A program made the position numbers and the translations under genes. The notes under the pieces were generated by a model. The model saw only the letters and a program-made list of their open reading frames with translations. It had not been told where the DNA came from and did no database searches. DNA of 13,238 bases, taken from positions 1 to 13,238 of the forward strand of contig JBDRUX010000070.1 of assembly GCA_039801565.1 (NCBI GenBank), read 5' to 3'. Shown piece by piece: positions 6,301-13,238 of this stretch. Numbering within the stretch: the stretch's first letter is position 1; each line of letters opens with the position of its first letter. This DNA comes from a candidate division WOR-3 bacterium (GTDB lineage: Bacteria; Hydrothermota; Tepidihabitantia; Tepidihabitantales; JAOUPE01).

Positions 6301-8979
6301 ATGCACCAGCGATTGTTCTTCCACTATTACTTAGTATTGGTTCTATCTTTCTTACCAGCCTTTGGTCATACCGAGTCAATCCCAGATTCGAAATTCGAAA
6401 AACCAACCAATAACCAATTGGCGAAACCAATTTTGAAAGAAAAAGAAGATTCCTTAAGATTCGACTGCGTCGAATTTATTCCATCCATTCAAGACACAAT
6501 TATTATTAAGGACTGGTTGACGATTGGACCTTTCTCGGCGGGAGTTCGGGAACCCGGTATTTCCTACCTTCCTGATGATGAAGATTTTGTTCCTTACGAA
6601 GGATTAAAACATCGTGATATTCTAACGGAAAGTGGTGAGTTGACCTGGCATAAAGTGAAATCCGAGGACGGTAAAGTAAAGATTAAAGGCGATAGTGTCA
6701 ATTATGATTTCATCCAAGACCTCTACGGTAGTGCCGGCTTGTTTGGGGTGAGTTTTGCTTATGGTGAATTTGAAAATGAAGGAGAAAAGCGGGCATTAGT
6801 GATTGCCGAAGGTTGTAACTTCCGGTTAAATGGTAAAGGATTTATTGGTGACCCTTATTCCACTGGTTATGTTCGAATCCCGGTAGTACTAAAGAATGGC
6901 AAGAATAAAGTCTTAGTAAGTGTTAGCGGTTTTGGGGAGCGGGAGTTTATCTTTAAAATCATTCCAGCACCGAAACCAATGATAATAATTACTAATGATG
7001 CCACAACACCCGATATAATTTATGGCGATACTCTAAACTCTTGGCTTGGTGTCCCACTCCTTAACACTGCACCGAAGACAATAACTGATGTTTCTCTAAC
7101 CTTTGGTGATAATAAATTCGTCGCATTGACAAAGTTGAGTGTTAAAAGAGTTGCGCCCCTCACTGTTAAAAAAGTGAAGGTGGGTGTAAAGACAGTTCAG
7201 CCGATAAACGAATCAATTCCCGGCGATACAATAGCCATCCCAATTGTCTTGCATTATGGAAATTATACCGACTCAGCCTTTATCAAACTAAGATTACGCC
7301 GCCCGAATCAATCTCGCAAAGAGACTTTTCTTTCTGAGATTGACAGTTCGGTTCAATACTATGCAGTTCTACCGCCCGCCCCGCCGAATCATTCGAAATC
7401 CGAAATTCAGGGACGCTATGCCCTAATTTTAACTCTGCACGGTGCTGGAGTAGATGCCTGTAGCCAGGTTGATAGTTATTCCCAAAAAGACTGGGCATAT
7501 GTTGTTGCGCCAACTAACCGACGACCTTTTGGCTTTGATTGGCAGGATTGGGGCAGACTCGATGCCTTAGAGTGCTTAAAGCACATTACCCTAAAGGGCA
7601 AAGCCGCTGTTGATGAAAATCGAATCTATCTTACTGGTCACTCAATGGGTGGTCACGGTGTCTGGCATATTGGTTTAATCCATTCCGATTTATTCGCGGC
7701 AATAGCACCCAGCGCTGGTTGGACTTCATTCCCAATCTATATCCCTTGGTCTTTGCAGAAGTCTGCTTTTTTTGGTCACCCGGATTTATTAGGAATAAGG
7801 GAAAAGGTATTACGAGAAGACAACCCATTAAATTTTATTGAGAACGGCCGCCATTTGCCGATTTACATCTTACAAGGTAGTGCGGATGATAATGTGCCAC
7901 CGATTCACGCTCGGTTGTTTGCTAAATACCTAAAAGCCGATGCGAAGTTTAGAAAGGCTGAATTTATCTACCAAGAAGTACCGAATATGGGCCATTGGTG
8001 GGATAACGACACATTCCCAGGAACCGCTTGTGTGGATAATCCTCCCCTTATGGAATTTTTAAAAAAGCAGATTCGAAACCCTTATCCCAAAGAAATTCAT
8101 TTTAAAACCACTAATCTATCACAAAATAATAAACATTTTTGGGTGACATTGACAAGATTGAAAGATTTATACCAAGACGCAGTAATTGATGCTAAAATTG
8201 AAGATAGGACAATCACGGTTCAATGTTCAAACTTGGCAGAGTTTAAAATTCACTTGAGTGAGAAACTTATTCCCAGAGGAAAAATTGCAATAATAATCAA
8301 TAATCAGAAACTATTTTGGAAACATCCCCCAGTTAGTTCCAAGCAAGATGAATATTGCATAACCCTTAGGAATTCTTCTGGTGCGTGGAGAATTGCGTCC
8401 GATTCTAAGCATCACCAGAAGCAACCTGACTTGTACGGTCCAATCAAACAGGCTTATTTTAAACCATTTATTTTAGTTTATGGTACAAAGGGTGACTCAG
8501 CAATGACCGAGTTACTGCAACACCAAGCCCGAATTCAAGCCTTGACCTGGTGGATAAGAGCCAATGGCACGGTGGAGATTCTGCCTGATACTGAAGTAAC
8601 CCAATCCATCATTAATAACTATAATCTAATTATCTTCGGCAATAGTCGAACAAATGTTTTAACCCAACATCTTGAACCAAAGTTGCCGATAAGAGTGATT
8701 GAAAATGCGGTTCTTTTGCATAAATTAGGGAGAATTGACCGTATTGAAGGTGATTTCGGGGTTATCTTCATTTATCCTAATCCGCTCAATCCTAAAAAGT
8801 TAATTCTAATCTACGAAGGTACAAATGAGAAGGGACAAAAGTTATCCGACCGTTTTGGAGTATTTTACTCAGGGGCGGGACTCCCGGATTTTCTTATCAT
8901 AAGCGATGAGGTAAAACAGAAAGGTTGGGGTGGCATAAAAGCCGGGGGCTTCTTTTCTAATCAATGGCAACTTGAATAA
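6301..8979 (+). CDS. Secreted alpha/beta-hydrolase, prolyl oligopeptidase (S9)/esterase-like, multidomain
   Basis: Signal peptide; LTLHGAG oxyanion region; nucleophile elbow TGHSMGG; LQGSADDNVP (Asp); MGHWWD (His); N-terminal DWLTIGPF beta domain. Confidence 0.85.
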   Translation: MHQRLFFHYYLVLVLSFLPAFGHTESIPDSKFEKPTNNQLAKPILKEKEDSLRFDCVEFIPSIQDTIIIKDWLTIGPFSAGVREPGISYLPDDEDFVPYEGLKHRDILTESGELTWHKVKSEDGKVKIKGDSVNYDFIQDLYGSAGLFGVSFAYGEFENEGEKRALVIAEGCNFRLNGKGFIGDPYSTGYVRIPVVLKNGKNKVLVSVSGFGEREFIFKIIPAPKPMIIITNDATTPDIIYGDTLNSWLGVPLLNTAPKTITDVSLTFGDNKFVALTKLSVKRVAPLTVKKVKVGVKTVQPINESIPGDTIAIPIVLHYGNYTDSAFIKLRLRRPNQSRKETFLSEIDSSVQYYAVLPPAPPNHSKSEIQGRYALILTLHGAGVDACSQVDSYSQKDWAYVVAPTNRRPFGFDWQDWGRLDALECLKHITLKGKAAVDENRIYLTGHSMGGHGVWHIGLIHSDLFAAIAPSAGWTSFPIYIPWSLQKSAFFGHPDLLGIREKVLREDNPLNFIENGRHLPIYILQGSADDNVPPIHARLFAKYLKADAKFRKAEFIYQEVPNMGHWWDNDTFPGTACVDNPPLMEFLKKQIRNPYPKEIHFKTTNLSQNNKHFWVTLTRLKDLYQDAVIDAKIEDRTITVQCSNLAEFKIHLSEKLIPRGKIAIIINNQKLFWKHPPVSSKQDEYCITLRNSSGAWRIASDSKHHQKQPDLYGPIKQAYFKPFILVYGTKGDSAMTELLQHQARIQALTWWIRANGTVEILPDTEVTQSIINNYNLIIFGNSRTNVLTQHLEPKLPIRVIENAVLLHKLGRIDRIEGDFGVIFIYPNPLNPKKLILIYEGTNEKGQKLSDRFGVFYSGAGLPDFLIISDEVKQKGWGGIKAGGFFSNQWQLE
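6416..6470 (+). repeat. ~55-bp dispersed element, copy B (in frame inside the hydrolase CDS)
   Basis: aattggcgaaaccaattttgaaagaaaaagaagattccttaagattcgactgcgt; encodes LAKPILKEKEDSLRFDCV. Confidence 0.8.
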
Positions 8980-8990
8980 CAACGGCAGAA

Positions 8991-9024
8991 GGTCAAGAAG
9001 TTCAAAATGGTTCAAGAGTTAAAA
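8991..9024 (+). repeat. Short 8-10-bp GTTCAA(G/A)A tandem repeats, intergenic
   Basis: ggtcaagaa gttcaaaatg gttcaaga gttaaaa; a similar block occurs at 11556-11584. Confidence 0.55.
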
Positions 9025-9078
9025 TTGGTAAAGCCGATTTTGAAAGAAAAGAAATCCCTTAAGAATTCGAATGTCGGC
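9021..9078 (+). repeat. ~55-bp dispersed element, copy C (downstream of the hydrolase)
   Basis: aaaattggtaaagccgattttgaaagaaaagaaatcccttaagaattcgaatgtcggc. Confidence 0.8.
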
Positions 9079-9256
9079 AACCAGTGGTTATCCCGGTAGT
9101 ATTGAGTGGATAAGCAAATTCGCCTTTTTCAGGATTTCATCACAATCTCAGCTAAAGTCTATCTCTGATATCCTAAGGAGTTGTGAGGTTGATAGTTGAG
9201 ATAAAATAGCGGGAAGTGGCGAGAGGAATGCGGTAAGCGGGCGGGAAACCGAACGG

Positions 9257-9285
9257 TTGACAAAAGCACCACCTTTAAATAAAAT
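9257..9285 (+). promoter_or_regulatory. Sigma70 promoter for cysS-deoC-tdh-kbl (near-leaderless)
   Basis: TTGACA (9257-9262), 17 bp, TAAAAT (9280-9285); ATG 9295 lies only 9 nt downstream. Confidence 0.7.
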
Positions 9286-9294
9286 TGAGGGCAA

Positions 9295-10881
9295 ATGCTT
9301 TTATTGACCAATACCATTACGCAAGAAAAAGAGCCATTCACACCAATTTCAAAACCGGTTCGGATTTATGTTTGCGGAATGACGGTTCAAGACCATCCCC
9401 ACCTGGGTCATATGCGCGCCTATCTAACTGCTGATGTTTTAAAACGATACCTTAACTTCTCCGGCTACAATACCTATGTTGTTCAGAATTTTACTGATAT
9501 TGATGACAAAATTATCCAACGGTCAAAGGAAGAACAAAGAGATTACCGGTTAATTGCCGAACAATTTATCCAAGAATATTTTGAAGTAGCTTTGAACTTA
9601 AACATCAGTTCAGCGGATATTTATCCTCGGGCAACTCAACATATTCAAGAGATTATTGAATTGGTGCAAACCCTGATTACGAAAGGCTTGGCTTATGTAT
9701 CCAATGGTGATGTCTACTATGATGTGACGAAATTTATTGACTATGGTAAACTTTCCAAGAAACGGTTAGATGGTTTGATAGCTGGGGCACGAATTAGTCC
9801 GGATGAAAAGAAACGGAGTCCCTTAGATTTTGTGCTTTGGAAATCGTCAAAAGAAGGCGAACCTTGGTGGCATAGCCCTTGGGGTAAAGGTAGGCCAGGT
9901 TGGCATACCGAATGTTCGGCAATGAGTATGCACTATTTAGGTGAAACATTTGATATTCATATGGGTGGGGAAGATTTAATTTTTCCCCATCACGAAAATG
10001 AAATCGCCCAATCCGAAGGTGCGACCGGTAAACCTTTTGTCAATTACTGGATTCATAATGCGCTGCTAAATCTTGCTGGTGAAAAGATGGCGAAGTCAAC
10101 CAAACATTATTATGCGGCTAAAGACATTTTGGCTCGTTTTTCACCCAATAGCATCCGGCTTTATTTCCTACAAGCTCATTACCGTAGCCCAATTGAGTTC
10201 AGCTTCGAGCGTCTCTCGGCTGCGGAAAACGCTTGGACCCGAATTAGTGAATTTCTAAGGCAAGCCGAAGCCAAAATTGGCAAAATTGAAGTCGAAGCGG
10301 AAAATATTGACACGGCTAATTTTCGGTCAGCAATGGATGATGATTTAAACACGCCAAAAGTGATTGGAATAATCTTTGACTTAATAACTAAAGGTTTTGC
10401 TTGCCTACAAGCCAACGACCTAATCAATTTAAAAACAACTTATGCCCAAATCCTTTTGTTTTTACAAACCTTAGGTTTTCGGCTTGCGGCGAAAGTTTCC
10501 GAACGAATCATAGATGCAACCGTTTCGTTGAAAGGAACTTTTGAACCTTCTCCGATTATAGCCGAATTTAAGACGGCGCGCGACATAGCAAGACAAAGCA
10601 AAGAGTTTGAAATCGCCGATATCATTAGAGAAGGATTTGCCGAATTTGGCTTAGGACTGGAAGATACTAAAGAAGGTACTCGGGTTGTGGCGCTACCAGC
10701 AATGGCAGATGTACCAAATTCTTTTGGTCGGATGATCGGCAAGATGATGCTTGCCAAAAAATTAGCCAAAGCCAAAGGACTTACCGAAATCTATAATCTC
10801 CTGTCCGATGGATTAGATAAGACCTTAGCCGAAAGAGCAGCGGTCCCCGAAGAAATCTTCTCCCAAATCTTTGGCCAATAA
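9295..10881 (+). CDS. cysS: Cysteine--tRNA ligase with C-terminal extension
   Basis: [15 protein letters not shown] (HIGH), [50 protein letters not shown] (KMSKS variant), MDDDLNTP (DALR), ADIIREG...LEDTKEGT. Confidence 0.97.
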   Translation: MLLLTNTITQEKEPFTPISKPVRIYVCGMTVQDHPHLGHMRAYLTADVLKRYLNFSGYNTYVVQNFTDIDDKIIQRSKEEQRDYRLIAEQFIQEYFEVALNLNISSADIYPRATQHIQEIIELVQTLITKGLAYVSNGDVYYDVTKFIDYGKLSKKRLDGLIAGARISPDEKKRSPLDFVLWKSSKEGEPWWHSPWGKGRPGWHTECSAMSMHYLGETFDIHMGGEDLIFPHHENEIAQSEGATGKPFVNYWIHNALLNLAGEKMAKSTKHYYAAKDILARFSPNSIRLYFLQAHYRSPIEFSFERLSAAENAWTRISEFLRQAEAKIGKIEVEAENIDTANFRSAMDDDLNTPKVIGIIFDLITKGFACLQANDLINLKTTYAQILLFLQTLGFRLAAKVSERIIDATVSLKGTFEPSPIIAEFKTARDIARQSKEFEIADIIREGFAEFGLGLEDTKEGTRVVALPAMADVPNSFGRMIGKMMLAKKLAKAKGLTEIYNLLSDGLDKTLAERAAVPEEIFSQIFGQ

Positions 10882-10882
10882 T

Positions 10883-11557
10883 ATGGACGAATCCCAAATT
10901 TTAAAATTTGCCAAATTCATTGACCATACTTTACTAAAACCCGAAGCAACCGAAGCTGATATAAAGCAGTTGTGTCGCCAAGCCCAGGAATATAATTTTG
11001 CTACCGTCTTTGTTAATCCCTACTATGTTAAATTGGCCGCTGAACTACTAAAAGGCTCAGGAGTTAATGTTGGTTGTGCGGTGGCTTTTCCTACCGGTGC
11101 GGTTACAACGAAAATTAAAGTCTTAGAGACCGAGCAAGCGATAACCGATGGCGCCACCGAGATTGATATGGTGATGAATATCGGTGCTTTGAAATCTAAT
11201 AATTATGATTTTGTGAAAAATGATATTTTAGAAGTGGTTAAGGCAGCAAAGCCTTATAGCGTAAAGGTTATCTTAGAGACCTGCCTTTTAACTGACGAAG
11301 AAAAGATAAAGGCATGCCTCATAGCTAAAGAAGCACAAGCCAAATTTGTTAAAACCTCCACTGGTTTTTCAACTGGTGGGGCAACGGTCGCTGATATAAA
11401 ATTACTAAGAAAAACGGTTGGTGCCGAAATGGGCGTCAAGGCTTCGGGCGGAATTCGCGATTATAAGACCGCTTTAGCAATGATTAAAGCCGGGGCCAAT
11501 CGAGTTGGCACTAGCGCCGGTGTAAAAATAATTGAAGAATTGAAAAGAAAGTTATGA
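10883..11557 (+). CDS. deoC: Deoxyribose-phosphate aldolase
   Basis: [38 protein letters not shown] (Schiff-base Lys), [15 protein letters not shown]. The ATG at 10883 follows the cysS stop after a 1-nt gap. Confidence 0.97.
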   Translation: MDESQILKFAKFIDHTLLKPEATEADIKQLCRQAQEYNFATVFVNPYYVKLAAELLKGSGVNVGCAVAFPTGAVTTKIKVLETEQAITDGATEIDMVMNIGALKSNNYDFVKNDILEVVKAAKPYSVKVILETCLLTDEEKIKACLIAKEAQAKFVKTSTGFSTGGATVADIKLLRKTVGAEMGVKASGGIRDYKTALAMIKAGANRVGTSAGVKIIEELKRKL

Positions 11558-11584
11558 AGTTTAAAAATTGTTTAAGAGTTCAAA
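11556..11584 (+). repeat. Second block of GTT(C/T)AA short repeats between deoC and tdh
   Basis: gaagtttaaaaattgtttaagagttcaaa aligns with gaagttcaaaatggttcaagagttaaaa (8997-9024). Confidence 0.5.
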
Positions 11585-11596
11585 GAGGAGGAAATT

Positions 11597-12712
11597 ATGA
11601 AAATGAAAGCGGTAGTTAAGACCCGACCCGATTTTGGTGCCGAATATAAAGAAGTGGAGTCACCAAAACCGAAATCGGATTGGGTGGTTGTGAAGGTAAA
11701 AGCAACTTCGATCTGCGGTACCGATGTTCATATCTACAAATGGGACCCTTGGGCACAAAGTCGAATCGGCGAAAAACGATTACCGCAAATTTTGGGTCAT
11801 GAGGTGGCTGGTGAAGTCGTGGAAGTTGGTTCCAGTGTCAAAAGGGTTAAGGTTGGCGATTATGTCTCAGCCGAGACCCATATCTACGATCCAGCCGACT
11901 TGACCGCCTTGCTCGGTCAATTCCATATTGGCGAACATATGAAGATCTTAGGTGTGGATTGCGATGGCGCATTCGCCGAGTATTTCGCGATACCCGAATC
12001 AGTCTGTTGGCTCAATGACAAATCAATCCCACCCGAATTTGCCACCATTCAAGAACCTTTGGGTAATGCCTGTTATGCGGTCTTGGGCGAAGACAATGAT
12101 GTAGCCGGTAAGACAATGGTCATTACTGGTGATGGCCCGATTTCGTTATTTGCGGTTGGCGTTGCCCGAGTTTGTGGGGTAGCAAAAATCTTCTTAATTG
12201 GTAAATACGACTTCAATATGGCAATTGGCAAAAAAATGGGCGCTGATTACTTGCTCTACACTAATAAAACCACCGCGGATGAGCGTTTGACATTTGTCCG
12301 CGACCATACCAATGGGCAAGGCGTTGATATCGCCTTAGAAATGGTGGGCAGTAATGAGTCAATCGTTGACTGTTTCCGAATGGTGCGCAAGGGTGGTCGG
12401 GTTACCGCTTTTGGTATCGCACCAACTTCACCCTTAATGGTAGATTATAACAATGGCATTGTCTTTAAAGGTTGTCAAATTCACGGTATCAATGGTCGAA
12501 AGATGTTTGACACCTGGTATCGGAATCGAAACCTATTGGCTTCGGGTCGTCTTGACCCAAGTCCGGTTATCACTCATATGTTCGCCTTGGAAGAGTATGA
12601 TAAAGGTTTTTCTTTAATGTTAGAACGCCCTCGCCAATCCGCAAAAATTGTTCTATTTCCTGATAAAAATGAATTGGCAGCGGCAAAACAACGAAGAAAT
12701 AACCCCGCATAA
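11597..12712 (+). CDS. tdh: L-threonine 3-dehydrogenase (Zn-dependent MDR family), divergent
   Basis: [46 protein letters not shown]...[20 protein letters not shown] gaggag; directly upstream of kbl. Confidence 0.88.
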   Translation: MKMKAVVKTRPDFGAEYKEVESPKPKSDWVVVKVKATSICGTDVHIYKWDPWAQSRIGEKRLPQILGHEVAGEVVEVGSSVKRVKVGDYVSAETHIYDPADLTALLGQFHIGEHMKILGVDCDGAFAEYFAIPESVCWLNDKSIPPEFATIQEPLGNACYAVLGEDNDVAGKTMVITGDGPISLFAVGVARVCGVAKIFLIGKYDFNMAIGKKMGADYLLYTNKTTADERLTFVRDHTNGQGVDIALEMVGSNESIVDCFRMVRKGGRVTAFGIAPTSPLMVDYNNGIVFKGCQIHGINGRKMFDTWYRNRNLLASGRLDPSPVITHMFALEEYDKGFSLMLERPRQSAKIVLFPDKNELAAAKQRRNNPA

Positions 12713-12726
12713 GAAAGGAGAAAGAT

Positions 12727-13238
12727 ATGGCATATGGCAAAATAAAAGAATTTTTGCAAAATGAACTAAAATCGTTACGGGAAGCCGGGCTCTACAAAGA
12801 AGAAAGATATATCCATACACCCCAAGCCCCTGACATCAAAGTCGAATATCCCGAAAAAGCACCACTGCGCGATGTCATCAATTTCTGTGCCAACAATTAT
12901 CTCGGTCTATCCAGTCATCCCAAGGTAATCGAAGCGGCAAAAGAAGGTTTAAAGAAATACGGTTACGGAATGTCTTCGGTTCGTTTCATCTGCGGCACGC
13001 AAAATATTCATAAAATCTTAGAAGCCAAAACTGCCCAATTCGTTGGCACTGAGGATGCAATTCTTTATTCTTCTTGTTTTGATGCCAATGGTGGGCTATT
13101 TGAGGTATTTTTTAATGAACAGGATGCGATAATTTCCGATGCCCTCAATCATGCTTCAATCATTGATGGTATTAGGATGTCCAAGGCCGAACGGCACCGC
13201 TACAACCATATTGATATGAAAGACCTTGAGGAACATCT
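12727..13238 (+). CDS. kbl: 2-amino-3-ketobutyrate CoA ligase, 5' part (runs off the window end and joins nt 128 on the circle)
   Basis: SD aaggag, ATG 12727; [27 protein letters not shown]...[15 protein letters not shown]...[13 protein letters not shown]...[12 protein letters not shown]. There are 150 codons up to the Met equivalent to nt 66, giving 414 aa in total. Confidence 0.95.
   Translation, partial: MAYGKIKEFLQNELKSLREAGLYKEERYIHTPQAPDIKVEYPEKAPLRDVINFCANNYLGLSSHPKVIEAAKEGLKKYGYGMSSVRFICGTQNIHKILEAKTAQFVGTEDAILYSSCFDANGGLFEVFFNEQDAIISDALNHASIIDGIRMSKAERHRYNHIDMKDLEEH
13112..13238. repeat. Terminal direct repeat, right copy (identical to 1-127)
   Basis: Exact match to nt 1-127. Confidence 0.97.

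Noticed and set aside
10871..10882. TTG start for deoC
   Set aside because: ATG 10883, just after the cysS stop, gives a normal DeoC N-terminus.
137..12759. Remaining short ORFs in the track (e.g. 501..737, 1791..2042, 2631..2915, 5458..5775, 6201..6413, 9159..9341, 10440..10775)
   Set aside because: They are antisense or alternate-frame shadows overlapping well-supported genes, with no motifs of their own.

Overview
Bacterial window whose first 127 nt (1-127) are identical to its last 127 nt (13112-13238). It therefore closes into a 13,111-bp circle, and closing it reconstitutes an intact 414-codon kbl gene in frame. All intact genes are on the + strand: a type II restriction-modification pair (SPPY amino-methyltransferase plus TdeIII/MjaII-like endonuclease), a secreted protein with a C-terminal FlgD-Ig/T9SS-like domain, an 892-aa secreted S9-type alpha/beta hydrolase, and a cysS-deoC-tdh-kbl cluster. 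The gene style suggests an FCB-group or WOR-3-like host, which is inference only. No Rep, Par, integrase or phage gene was recognised; the only mobile-element trace is a truncated HTH transposase fragment. The non-coding DNA holds the main surprises. First, an array of about 22 degenerate, pseudo-palindromic 12-bp units lies between an inverted repeat and an AT-rich stretch with an 18-bp perfect palindrome. Second, a ~55-bp dispersed element occurs three times around the hydrolase gene: one copy inverted, one translated in frame inside the protein, and one downstream. In addition, Tdh lacks all four structural-zinc cysteines and CysS carries a degenerate duplicate of its anticodon-binding helical hairpin.
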